42,149 nt of DNA from Polymyxa betae A26-41 (lineage: Eukaryota; Protista; Endomyxa: Phytomyxea), in assembly GCA_003693705.1 (NCBI GenBank), contig RBZT01000967.1, forward strand, positions 1 through 42,149. Reading direction: 5' to 3'. The notes beneath the pieces are model-generated. The model was not told the DNA's origin. It saw nothing but the letters and a program-made list of their open reading frames with translations, and did not search any database. Both the position numbers and the translations under genes were made by a program. Numbering within the stretch: position 1 is the first letter of the stretch; each line of letters opens with the position of its first letter. This document shows, one piece after another, positions 23,442 to 36,685 of this stretch.

Positions 23442-24221
23442 TGGTCTACTTCAAGGGAATCAGTAGATGGTGGATTGAGAAGGACAGGTCCGTGAGACAG
23501 AAAGCATCTCATTGCTGTCATCAGGAGTCACTCACAAATAGCACCCATTCTTTACTACTACTCTAGAATATTTCATCTCTAGAATGTCGCAGGACACAAT
23601 TGCTTTGTAACTCTGAGCTTTGGTTCCCAAATAAAATCTAAGCAAAGAGATACGGCTTAGTAATTGCATTTTATCTTGGTCATATTACAAACAGGCAATT
23701 CTTGTTGACTGATATCGTTGGTCTCCACGCAGCAACAAAAATCAGCATTGTAGTAACTAGGTTATAGGCATACAAGAATGGTATTGTATTGCAATCTCTG
23801 ATGTTATGGTTTAGCTAGCTAGGTCCCGTTGGTGACGTAAATTAAGCCAATGTTGTTCGAGAAAAATCCAGTCAACTCAAAACTATTTGATACTGCTTGA
23901 CTCAAAATAAGAAGGCTTCACGTTCAGGCGTATACATCCTATTTCGCTGTTTAACCTCAAGAGTACTTTTATGACAAGCCCGTTGAAGCGCTAGATGTCC
24001 CTGGCTGCAGTATTTCGAATTCTTGACTACTGTTCCAGGAGTCTGAAAACCGGTATTGAGGACATGATTATAGCCTGTCACCGAGAGGGCATAAGTTAAT
24101 CGGTGATCAGGTTTCGCTGAAAACAGATCTCTCGAAAGAAAATAATAGTATCCGTTACTTTTCAAGCATACGACATCACTTCAATACCAATGCCTAAAGC
24201 AAGGAATGTATACAGGCTGTA

Positions 24222-25406
24222 TCATGAGACCCATTCATCGTCTTGAACCTCTCCTTCAAACAAAGATGCCAATCCATTAGCGGTCAATGAATCTCTTCGT
24301 TCCTGTACCTTGCTAGGCCTTCGCTCAGGAGATTCATCAGCTCGCACGTTCTGCGAACGACTAAGCCTACGCCAAGACATAAAAAACATGAGTACCTGAA
24401 ATTTTCGGAATAAAGCGTTTGCAAGAATTTCCTGATGGAATCCATCAGATCCAGGTATGGAACTGCGCTTAAGAGGCGTGCCTCCAGGCGATCTAAGACT
24501 GATTGTAAGACAATTGGTATAGAATATGGAACTATAAAACCTATCGATACGGGTCTTTTTAAGCCCGACTCGATTGCGCTCTTGAATCTGTTCGGCAAAC
24601 GAAGGTTGTTTTTGAGAACGAGCACCAGCTGTGCTGCGAGACTGTGAAAAGTTAGGTTGTACTGGTTGAAGAGGCATTCCTTCCGCTCTAAAGCGATATT
24701 TGACGTCAAAATCAGAGTCATCGCTTTCGCTGTCAGAAACATCTAGAGAAACTCAAAATGACAAAGCACTCACGGACGCACAGTGAAATACCAGAGCATA
24801 TCAATTCGTCTAAAAGCGAGATTGTTTGCTTAGTATATGAAGCAGGTGGAGGTTTTGTAACAGAAGGACAAGGAGGTGCTGGAGGAGCTACGGGAATAGA
24901 GGGAGCTGAAGGACGCGGAGGCGCTATTGAAGCAGCAAGGCTGCTTGATGCATTTGCAGAAGCAATGTTTGATTGCCCTTGTAAGAGCAGTGCCATTTGC
25001 TCTTTCAACATTTGGAGTTCAGATTCTAAAGCTTCAAATTTGTGCTGGCTCGCAGAAGAATCATGCAGAAAAGACGTTGCACCACCCATGAACCTTTGAA
25101 AGCGACTCGGTGCATCAATGTTCGAAATGATTTCTTTGGTCGTAGTTTTTAACAAGCACTGTACACGAATATAGGAATTATAAAGTGCTTGCTGCAATCT
25201 GTATTGCGAAATCAGAAGCAGCATTGCAAAGTAAAAAGCAGTTACATTGAGGCGGCCTGCATTGCAGCAGCAGCAGTAACTTGCACTAAATCTCTGATCA
25301 TACTTTCGGCTTGCACCCTGGCGTCGACCATCTGCAACAATAGGCGCAAACGCTGGGCGTCTGGAGACACTGGTCGCTGAAATGAAGGTCGCCGACGACG
25401 ACGCAT
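24222..25406 (-). CDS. PRR11/MTFR1-like proline-rich protein; multi-exon
   Basis: Coiled coil FEALESELQMLKEQMALL, polyproline tract, WH2-like FAEQIQ...VGLKKT, then RSPGGTPL and ILANALFRKFQ, matching the remembered motif order of animal PRR11 (RSPGGTP...ALRRKF) and MTFR1. Confidence 0.55.
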
Positions 25407-26031
25407 GGGACAAGCAATAGGCACAGATGGCAAAGGCGTGCCTTGTATGAACATGAGATTTACCAAAAAAATGGGCTAATGAGTGACTGAGCAGATAGAT
25501 AAAGGCTGATCAACAAAACGGCCTTCTCTGGATAGAGATAATGACGGGTCACACAATGCGTCGCTACTTTCCCGATCATTATTTGTATTGCCCAACAATT
25601 TTCTCATGACAACCGCTCTCATTGATTTCTTCAGTCATAAACTGCAATGTTTAATTATTGCAAATTCAAATGCATAATGAAAGCGAGAATATAACACAAG
25701 TTGTTTTATGTTCAATCAAAGCCGTTTGTTTGAGATGTTGACGATCCCAAGTTAATACAGCATACAGTTTCACGTGATAGTGCTTAATATTACCCAAATT
25801 ATTAACAAGTTCAGGCAAACGGATGTAGATGTACCTGATTATCGGGCCAATCAAAATGCAAAAGTTTTGGAGCATTACATACCAATCACAGACAACCATA
25901 ACAACGCGGCCTTTCTTTGTTATGATCCCGCCATCACGAAATTCTGCCTCTGGTTGGCTTTGCCTTATACAAATATCCGCTCGCCGTTGTAACCTTCTGG
26001 GGCGCCTAACGGCGCCGCCCCGATCTGTCCA

Positions 26032-28281
26032 ATGATCGGCGATGATTCAGCTTCTTTTCCGCCGCCGGTTGTTTCTATGCGCTTAAGATCGGAACCAGCA
26101 TCGATAGCAGCTGATCCAGGACGGTCAGGCGGAGCAGCTGCATTGCTTCGAGGGCAGTTTCTGGCTCCAAGACGGCCTCGGGTTACGAGGCAATGTCATA
26201 TCCGTATCTCCTGCTTATCGTTGATAAAGCCATTTTCAAAGCAGTTCAATCATCTGTGCATTTCAGCTCGAATCCGAGGTGAAAAGGTCAGATCGCTTCT
26301 AGTGTCTGGGCCCATTCCCGTTCCAAATGCATCTGAGGCTATACCATTAGATTTATGGTTTTGTTTAGCGTATATGCACCGTTTAAAGGGTCCTTCCAAT
26401 ATTCTACAAATTGCTATTCATCGCTGCAAGGAAGATGGACGCAGCTCTCAGCTCCAATGTCGAATAGATTTACCAATGGATTATATTCTTCAAAAACCGC
26501 TTCAGAAACCAACTCAGCTGCAGCTGTATGCCAGCAAGCAATGCATTGCCACTATTGAAGCTATGATCTGGACTGCTCGACCTGCAAACGAATCGCTTGA
26601 GGACAAGGAGATTTCTGCTAACGAAGGTCTCATTGATGCTAATATTGATGATCCTTCATCATCATCAGCTAGTTCAGCTGTCAGCGACGCAACTGATATC
26701 AGTGTTGAGCGAGATCCATCTCCGGATCTGAATGACGAAAGTAAAAATCCGGCCAACGCCTTATTTCGTCTTCGCCCTGCTCTATATTCGAAAATGAGAC
26801 TGGTTAGGCAGAGTGGCTCAAAGATGATTGACCGCTTAAAGCATAATCTTCGAAGAAGATCCATTTCGTCATCGGATGAAGAGATGGCCAATCGTGATGA
26901 TACTGGAGGAGTTTCTCCCGAATTCCATTGTAATCTGAAGGCGGAAAGCTACCCGGAACGCGGCCTGGCTCAAGCTGACGATGCTGAACTTTTGATGGCG
27001 AACTTCGCTGATGTTCCTTCTCAGATCGAACTCGTGGCTTCAACATTTTCTAGTGACCCAGCCTCACTCCCCAATACCATAATTTTTGTTGACAGAAACT
27101 GTCACCAGTCTCGACAGTTGTTAGAATGGAGCAATAGAGCCAGTGCTAGATCGGTACTTTCTATTTCGCGAATGGTATTTTTCGCTGATTGCCATGAAGC
27201 CGAGTCGCTTTTTTTTGGACTCACTTCTCTCTATAAACAAGCTTGGCAGTCGTCCTCGTCTCTTGGAGACCAATTACGTATTGGCATCGCCGGTGATGAT
27301 GCAAGCATATCAATGATTCTACGTCCATTTGTTCAGTTGATGGCCCGTGATCCCAGAAGCTGGCTTGGTCTGAAATTTCATATCATTCCCCTGAATCCTC
27401 AAAGTTCTGAGCACCACATATCCGAGAAGATTGCTTCTAACGATCCTCAGTATCGCGTCTTGTTTCGATCATCAGCTTGGGAGAACGTCTTTGACGGCAA
27501 AACTGCTCTCATTGAGCCTGTTGGCCGTCAGATCGAAGAGAATATATCCCATTATTTACTCAAAGCTGATTGCTTATTTCGCTTACCCATCGCTGAAGCT
27601 ATGATTGAGGTTTTGGATGACGACCCTGAAGTCAATGGCACGGCTGTTTCGATTCCACTTATTCGTGATTTCTCTATTATCGATATTGACTACGGATCTG
27701 AACTCCAGCAACCGCATCTTGCTAATGCTCTCTTTCCTGTTTTGAAGGCTCCGAAACCTTTGGTCATCGAGTACTGGGCTGCTGATAAACGAACTGGAAA
27801 AGTCGGCAAGTTCACGCTAAAGACAATGTTTTCAACATCTCGTATCTGTCGTTTGGATACGCTGGCCTCCAAACAGGCGACTGAAATGCAGCTTGCCGAT
27901 CATTCCTCCATCAATACTGGCTCTGAAACTGATCCTCCTTCCGAAATCGTTACAACAACAAGCAATTCAGGTCAACAGACCGTGTCAGCTTTCCCTACTC
28001 TACCGGATGAATCTCTCCATATGATAATTCGGTTAATGCCGAAAGACAAGAATAAGTTCTTGCAGCGATTTGGTGCATATTCCCCCAAGAAATCAGCTGG
28101 ACAGTCATCAAATTATGAAAGGAACGAAATTATCACCAAGTTTGTATGCTCAGCTCCACATGATGTCAAGTTCACAGCCTGTCTTGACGGGCTTGCCATC
28201 TCTGGTTGTAAATTCGCTTCTCTCACACCACTATGGCCTACCAGAACCAAATCGTTTCCTGTTGCCATGTTTAAGAACTAG
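26032..28281 (+). CDS. PACS-1/PACS-2-like phosphofurin acidic cluster sorting protein (749 aa, intronless)
   Basis: Furin-binding-region-like LDLWFCLAYMHRLKGPSNILQIAIHR and ILQKP, Ser/acidic middle region, and C-terminal region IGIAGDD...ILRPFV, FHIIPL, DPQY, LPIAEAM, SIP, IEYW, ending LTPLWPTRTKSFPVAMF. Confidence 0.8.
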   Translation: MIGDDSASFPPPVVSMRLRSEPASIAADPGRSGGAAALLRGQFLAPRRPRVTRQCHIRISCLSLIKPFSKQFNHLCISARIRGEKVRSLLVSGPIPVPNASEAIPLDLWFCLAYMHRLKGPSNILQIAIHRCKEDGRSSQLQCRIDLPMDYILQKPLQKPTQLQLYASKQCIATIEAMIWTARPANESLEDKEISANEGLIDANIDDPSSSSASSAVSDATDISVERDPSPDLNDESKNPANALFRLRPALYSKMRLVRQSGSKMIDRLKHNLRRRSISSSDEEMANRDDTGGVSPEFHCNLKAESYPERGLAQADDAELLMANFADVPSQIELVASTFSSDPASLPNTIIFVDRNCHQSRQLLEWSNRASARSVLSISRMVFFADCHEAESLFFGLTSLYKQAWQSSSSLGDQLRIGIAGDDASISMILRPFVQLMARDPRSWLGLKFHIIPLNPQSSEHHISEKIASNDPQYRVLFRSSAWENVFDGKTALIEPVGRQIEENISHYLLKADCLFRLPIAEAMIEVLDDDPEVNGTAVSIPLIRDFSIIDIDYGSELQQPHLANALFPVLKAPKPLVIEYWAADKRTGKVGKFTLKTMFSTSRICRLDTLASKQATEMQLADHSSINTGSETDPPSEIVTTTSNSGQQTVSAFPTLPDESLHMIIRLMPKDKNKFLQRFGAYSPKKSAGQSSNYERNEIITKFVCSAPHDVKFTACLDGLAISGCKFASLTPLWPTRTKSFPVAMFKN

Positions 28282-28922
28282 GGAGAATACATATATACAG
28301 CTTATTTATTAACTTTCAAAAGAAGGCAAGCTATCTGCGCTATCTGCGTCTATGTGCATTGAGCCTACTGTACAGTAAACTAGTATATAAATTTTTCTCA
28401 GTAACAAAATGTGCTCGGATTTGATAGACTTAGAATTGAAATTTAATTGGCAGAAATAAATTTCAATGACGAGCTTGATCTTTGGTCCCAGATGTTGCTT
28501 TAGCTGGCTTATATTTTAAGCTGAGGTAAGTCTGGCGTAGAGCTCCATAGATGACGCCGACTCCTGATCTCAGATCAGTTTCAGGAATAGGGAAATGACG
28601 GTAGGTACAGACCTAGAGCAGCAACACGCCCAACAATGTAGAGATCAGACGTAGGGGGAGAGAACATGATCAGAAGCTTGCGACAAATGAAGGGCCGGGA
28701 GTCAGATACACCGACTTAATCTAATAGTTGATAGGTTAGATTTATGGTAACCCAGTAAGTATTGGTTCTCTCTAGCGTATGTTACATCTTTATTTTTGAT
28801 ACATGAATACTGGTTTTGGATATCAAACTACGGTAGACACTGTGGATTAAAATTGTGATTTTATTTTTGTGCTGAATATATGCGAATGAGAAGTTTACCA
28901 GGACACGTTCTAGATATTTGGT

Positions 28923-29541
<619 letters not shown>

Positions 29542-29955
29542 CTAATTCGTGCGTTGACGCAGTCCGTAGCGGACCTTTTGTCGCTGTTGAACGAGCATAA
29601 TACGCCGGCCATACAAAGCGATCCGTTTCAAAAGCCGCCCCATCAACACAATCCACTTTAGATGGGAGCAGGCCTTTCATACCGATCGTCCAAGTATTAA
29701 TGCCAGTAATTGACGGATTCAGCGAGCTGCTATTGTGTAATTATAAATCAGACTAATGCACCATTATATCTTCCTTTACATGTTTATGAAAAAGTTAATT
29801 GTGATCAATGAGATATTGTCAAATGGTCACTGGCTCACTGCTACGTATCTTTCAATGGGAAATATTGAACACTTGTTCCTAATTTCAGCATCTGCGCAGT
29901 TTTATATTAAAACTCATTTTTTACGTATTTAATCAGCATACCTTTCCAAAACTCA

Positions 29956-32004
29956 ATGACGACGGAAAGATCCAGATCGCCAAAGTCGCCATCCTCTCTT
30001 CCCGTTTCTAAAAGACCTCGAACCGACTTCGAATCTGCTGTTGACGGAGAGATTGCCGAGGATGGTGTACTCCAGGACTACAGTGTCACCAGAGGCGTAT
30101 CTGGCACACAATCGTGCCCTTATTTAGACACAATTAACCGGCGAGTTCTGGATTTTGATTTCGAAAAGCTGTGCTCAATATCGCTATCAACCCATAATGT
30201 TTACGGGTGCCTTGTATGTGGTAAATATTATCAAGGTCGTGGACGTACTTCTCATGCTTATATCCATGCTTTACATGATAATCATCATGTTTTTATCAAT
30301 CTGACTACATCCAATATCTACTGCTTACCTGATGGGTAGGTAATGTACTTATCTTCCTGATCTTTATTAAGTAGCCTGTCAGATATGAGGTTCATGATGC
30401 CTCGTTGGATGATATCAAATACAATCTGTTCCCCAAATTAGATCCTCAACAGCTCGCTATTCTTGATTCCATTCCCAAATTCTCTCAGGTCAGCTGAAAT
30501 CCGGTTTTACATTACGCTTGATGCTAATCTGCTCTTAGGCATTGGATGGAGTCGATTATCTTCCTGGTATTATTGGGTTGAATGATATCAAGCAGACAGA
30601 TTGGTTCAACGCTACAATGCAAGCATTGATGCGTACGTTGATACTGGGTTAAATGTGCTGTTATGAATGGATTCAAGGGGTACGACCTCTTCGTGATTTC
30701 TTTGCTGTTCCTGAACATTATCAAGGTTGTCCGTCCCAATTAGTGCTGCGATTTGGAGAGGTACAATACTTGGAAAGTTCTTTCACAATGATATCTACGT
30801 TAAGCTCTGGGTAGCTAGTGAGAAAATTCTGGAACCCGAAGTTATATCGAGCTCACGTCTCTCCTCATGAATTGCTTCAAGAAGTTGCCACACTGTCAAA
30901 GAAGCAATTTCGTATCGGTAGATGAACGTATTTATTGTCAAGGAATTGTGCACTAATACATATATTATGTCACTAGGTTATTCATCTGATCCAATTCAAT
31001 TCTTGGCCTGGTTTCTCAATGAGCTTCATCGAGGTCTGACTCATCGTATTGTTAACGGGACAAAGCTGCCTTCATTGAAAACTTCCATCATCACAGGTTG
31101 CTTCACTGCTCTTTCTTCTCTCACTGTTACTAACTAGTATCGCATGTAGATGTTTTCCAGGGAAGAGTGGAGGTTTCTTCAATGAAATTAGGCGGTCGTC
31201 CAGCAGTTGTTTCTAATGCTCCCAAAGCTATCAAAGCTGTCCCATTTCTATATTTATCTTTGGACCTTCCAGAATCACCTCTGTTCAAAGACACAGATTC
31301 TGATCGGGAAATCATCCCTCAAGTTCCTCTTTTTGTTTTATTACAGAAATTTGATGGTGTCACTTATCAGGTTTGTGTATTTTGATATTAAAGTTTCTGT
31401 TTAATGTACTGACGATCCGCTAGAATTTGCCGAATGGAGAATCTCGATTACATAATATTCAAGCTCTGCCTCCCTACCTGATTCTTCACATAAAGAGGTT
31501 CACCAAGAACAATTTCTTTATTGAAAAGAACAATACCATCGTGAATTTTCCTATCAGTAATCTCGACTTGAAAGACTACTGTATGTATAGCCACTATTTG
31601 GAAGACATTCATTTATATCTGTGATTTTTTCAGATGCTAACAGTGACGATGACACAAATAAGGAGACCCTGTCTACCAGGTTTATCCGGTTTCACTTTAT
31701 GTCTTGCTCTTACATTATATTTTAGATACAATCTAATCGCTTCAATCTGTCATGAAGGCGAATTAACAACAACCGGAAACACAATAGGCGGCAATTTGAA
31801 TACGAAAGAATCAGGTGGTCGGTATCGCGCTCATGTTTGGAGCCGAAGTAATCGCCAATGGTTGGTCCAGTACATTCATATACCTGCTATTCTGAAATTT
31901 CCATCAAACTTAGGTACGATATTCAAGACCTTCACGTTCAAGAAACTATGCCGCAGCTTGTGGCTCTTTCTGAAAGTTACATACAAGTTTGGGAGAGGAT
32001 ATAA
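29956..32004 (+). CDS. USP39: U4/U6.U5 tri-snRNP-associated protein 2 (USP39/Sad1 pseudo-deubiquitinase); multi-exon
   Basis: CPYLDTINRRVLDFDFEKLCSISLS, zf-UBP CLVCGKYYQGRG, YLPGIIGLNDIKQTD (Asp at the catalytic Cys position), HVSPHELLQ, IIPQVPL, KRFTKNNFFIEKN, WYDIQDL, SESYIQVWE. Confidence 0.96.
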
Positions 32005-32026
32005 TGTACCACGTCACATGGCTGCT

Positions 32027-32460
32027 TTATTTGATCAGCTCTGGACACTTTGTATGAATGAGTTCTAGTGCGTTTTTAAAACAGTCTAAATCTAAATACA
32101 TCTGATTAAATATGCAGAGCAAACCAGAATGAAATGTCATACTTAGATTGGAACCAAGATCGCAAGCGGTCAAAGCAGAAATGGATCCATTTTGGTTGAC
32201 TTTGCCAACAATTTCAATAAAAGTTCGTCCATGAATGCGATCAGCTGCAGTTCCAGCGTCTATAGAGACCCGAATTCCATCAGCTGTTAGCAGAGTGATA
32301 GTAGGACCCTGGAACTTCACTAATCTTAATAATCAGACATCAACAGACTCGAGCTTACTTCCAGACGTCCAATCAGACGTACGGTTTGACCAACAAAACT
32401 ATTGAGATGAAGACCCAAGATCCTTGTCGTGGGAACTCCAATTGATGGTTTAACCTCCAT
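32027..32460 (-). CDS. RPA3: Replication protein A 14 kDa subunit; 3 exons
   Basis: PTTRI...LNSFVGQTVRLIGRL, LLTADG, FIEIVGKV, DLGSNLDL..F..ALEL...PEL: the small OB fold typical of RPA14. Confidence 0.88.
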
Positions 32461-32764
32461 CTATCAGATTCAGTATATCTCAGATGTGATTATCAAATGG
32501 GCACCTTTTGCGCTCAAAAAAACACCCTCATCAATCAATAAATCAGTTACGTATAGGTTAAGAGATTTTCATACATCATTGTCACAATACAAAGTGATAA
32601 ATTCATACATCTGACAATTATTTGTATTTGATATCGTAACTGTCCAGGAGAATTATATGCTATACTCGTCCTTATATCTTTATTGCCATTAATTTCGGGA
32701 GCGTTCCATATTCAGTTCTCGTATGCCTACCCTTTATGACCAACGATTCTCTCAGCTGGATTGA

Positions 32765-35700
32765 ATGGACGATATTCTCCCGTTCCGTTGGTAATGATGA
32801 TGTAATCCCTATAATGATGGTGTGACTTGATGTTTATGTTGGTGTACTTGCAGTAATCTATCTAATAATCAGCATATAGTAGATGTACAACATGTCTATT
32901 ATAGTCAGATGGATATTGGTAAATGTCAATCTGTATTAGAGGCTCGTCTTGAGGAAATCTTCCCATCACTCTATCAACATGAATCTCTTGATTTATCTGA
33001 ACATAATATTGAAGGTCTACCAGACTATCAACTAACAGATGTAATCAAGTCGCAGATAGAAACTATTATAAGCGATCTTGAACATAATCGTCGAGAAGCA
33101 TTTGATAGTAAATGTGAACTAAATGCTCAAGTTAATGAATGTGCTGAGAGAATACATGAATATAGACGTGATGTTGAATGTAAATATGGGTTAATATGTA
33201 ATATTGATATTCCTATACATGAATATTATATACCATCATCATTATATACATTTAATCATACAATTATTCATATTCAAGATTGTATACCATCAAGACATGC
33301 ATCAATATCAACATCCCCATTGCCCGGCCGACCAGTACGCCCAGTTGTATCTCGAAAAGATGTTCCATTACAGATGAATAGTCAAGATTTGGAAGTAAAT
33401 CGTCGTTTACTGCAACGAATGAAATGGAAGCAGGATTATATTCGACGTCCATTATATAATGATGAATATGGATATATTAGATCACATCAATTCTGTATAT
33501 CATCACCATCTAATATCACATTCTATCATAATCATACTACTACAGCCATTAAGGTTGTCATATCGAATCCCACCACCATATCAATACGATATGGTCTAGT
33601 ACGACCACGTTCAGGGATGTTCCATATAGTGATGTCGGATAAGAATGTTGGTGAACTTGCTCCTGGAATGTCTATGAAGTTTTCTATTGAATATCGTCCT
33701 ATATCACATATAATAGATGATGATATTCATGATGAGATTATTGTATTATCATCTCAATCAGAACATGAATATATTATACCAATTGTAGTACTATCTCATA
33801 CATATCGTCATTGTATTCATGGAACTGCATCTGGCACATCATCAGCAATTATCAATTGATGTTATATTGCAATGTAATTATTAAATAAAGTTGATGATGG
33901 TACTAGTGAATATGCATTATATAACAGGTACTAGATCGAATTGATTATATAAATGTACTTGATATGGATGAGGATGGATGTCATCATGATGGATTGTCTA
34001 TTAGAGAGCCAGCATGTACAAGTAATTACTGATTAGTAGATCTAGATTGTCATATATTCTATAGGTCTAATACTATGCAGGAATGAAGATGAGATTATAG
34101 ATGATCAACACCATATTACTGATATTGATTATGGAGATATACAAGTCAATAAGTATGGTATATTGCATATCATATTATTGACATTAATATGAATATAAAG
34201 ATATGCATATAAACGAATGTATTTGAGAAATTGCAGTCAATCATCAGTATATGTGAGATTAAGATATCATTCATATGGATATAATGAGCATCTATTACAT
34301 ATATATAACAATATTCATACATATATACAGAATATACATTCTAATCATAACAAGGTTAGTTGCTGTCATTCTGTTCTATTCCCATTACTAAATATTCGAA
34401 TACTACAGGCAATGCATTCATTATTTGAAGTAGAACAAGTCGGGTTTAAGAATGCATCAGGTCGAGTACATGCTGAAGAGAATTATATTGAGAATATGAT
34501 GAGTAATGTATTAGATAATGATCCAGTTCAATTCGTAGTATATCCCAATGATATAGAGCTATTACCTGGATCTGGATCATATATTCATATGTATTGTTTC
34601 AGTAATTTCCCTGCATTATATCATGATATATTACAATGTCTGATTCCAGCATCTAAGAATCAGCTTCTCATTAATGTTCATGCTAATATTCATGGATCTC
34701 CTATAACACATTGTCAATATATCACATTTGGTCAAGTTCCTATACAATCAGGTATATATCATAAGCATATTACATTATATAATCAAGCATATACTCATCT
34801 ACATGTACAATTGATATTAACTGAACAAGATCCAGATCTTCAACCTGCTATTCTATCTTATAATATTCATGATAATGGCATTATTCAATATCATATCCAA
34901 CCTAATGGTTAGCAATATATCTCATTAAATGCATATCTGATATGATATTACAGAAGGAAATCAGCCCGAATGGTTCCGAATTGAACCTTCTTCATTGATA
35001 ATACCAAAACGATCTTATAGATCAGTTGATGTTTATTACACAGGTTGTAATGAGTCGGGATCCATTGAGGCATATATTCAGACTCGAATTGATACACGAT
35101 CTGATACTGAATGGAGATATAAATCAGAACATATATGCAGATGTATTAAGTTAAATGTTGATAATATTATCCCATATATGTCATTAGCAATCAAATTACC
35201 AATTACATTCCAATCACATATATCTGCATCTATCATCAAATCCATTACATTAACCAATCACTTCTCTATTCCATTATTATTCCATGTACAAATATGTAAA
35301 TCATCTGTATTTACAATTAGGAAGATCGTGTCAGGATCTACTTGTTCAATATCATCAGTAGATTATATTCGTGTTGAACCAGGTCATAATGTCTCTATAT
35401 CTATCGAATTCAGGCCAAGAGATTGGATTTTACATGAAATACCAAGTGATTTATTACTAACATATAGTAATGGGACAATGCAGACAATTGGACTTGTAGG
35501 TCAGGTTCTAATACCACAATTACATATAGATAAGAAATCAGCAGATTTTGGTCATGTTTATCTAAATACTTGTAGTGAATCTATATCTCTAACTATTACA
35601 AATATGTCACCAATATCAAATATTCAATGGCGTCTTATTCATGGTAATAATATTCTCTATATAATACCATTTCAATCATATTCTTCTCATATTATATTTC

Positions 35701-36090
35701 ATCATATTATGTATTTCATGTAGTTATTGATTTCATACCTAACACTCATTGATTTATACTATAGTTAAACGCCGAGTTGCAAAATCTGAAGAAAAAGCAT
35801 TGAATGCAGCAGTACTTCGTACATTATCGAATGCTGAGTTTGATGCCGACAATGGCGTATTGGATGATGCAAGCGTGTTTCATTTCAGCAAGCTGACCGG
35901 ACAAATAAACGAAAGGACGAAATTGGAGAGAATATCGGTGACATTTCGACCAAATCAGTTACGAAAGTATAAGTCGATATTCGAAATAGAATATGAAGGT
36001 AGAGATAAATGTCAGTTTATATTACTGGGATATGCAAGCTCAAACGAAGAACATGATTTTCAGTTAACAAGACATTTTATCAAACGATAA
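32765..36090 (+). CDS. DLEC1/CFAP81-like cilia/flagella protein with ASH/Ig-like (PapD-like) domains; multi-exon, start uncertain
   Basis: LLQRMKWKQDYIRRP, GELAPGMSMKFSIEYRP, repeated ITFG/ADFG...ITLYN/LTITN ASH-type starts, and C-terminal VTFRP..Y.S.F..EG...LLGYASSNE, similar to the DLEC1 C-terminus. Confidence 0.65.
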
Positions 36091-36196
36091 TATTAGTACA
36101 ATGTTAGTGCAGATCTCTCTTATACAAACTGAGATCATCTTTATTACACACAGATATACAACATATAAATAACAATTCAAGCAAGCCTTCTTTATA

Positions 36197-36682
36197 CTCC
36201 CTCTGTCCCGCAATAATTGTTAGGTTGACGGAAAAATGCGGGATTAAGGAGTTATACCAACAGTTCGTGAACGCGATGATTTCGCGCGATTGAAACTATA
36301 CATGCTGCTTTTTTTCCTGATAAAAATGAGCTATTTTGACTGAGTTTTTTCTCCAGAAATTTCAAAATTTGAATGCAGATTTGTTAAATCCCGGCCCCAC
36401 GAAACAACATCTCCAATCCTTCCATCTGACGTCTGCGAGGTTGCTCAATGCCAATATTGAATATTCTGACCAATGATGAGCGACAAGCAGTTTATGAAAT
36501 GGTTTTATCGAAGATGACCAACGGCAAACCTGCGAAAGGCTCCTTCACTAAAATTGCTGGTCAACTTGGCGTGCATCCCTTTACTGTGAGCAGAATTGCT
36601 TCCTACATCATTTGCTGTGATGCTGAAGTGATTGAACGAGTACGAGAGTCATTAGATCTGTGAATAAGGGCTTTTAATACGT
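36197..36682 (+). mobile_element. Internally deleted plant-type mariner (DD39D/Stowaway-like TIR) element
   Basis: TA (36195-36196) followed by CTCCCTCTGTCCC TIR. ORF 36448-36663 encodes the N-terminal HTH (LTNDERQAVYEMVL...IAGQLGVHPFTVSRI) joined to a short probable C-terminal piece. No catalytic domain. Confidence 0.8.
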
Positions 36683-36685
36683 TTA

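Noticed and set aside
23902-24165. 87-aa ORF between UBE2K and the PRR11-like gene
   Set aside because: Non-ATG start and no family motifs.
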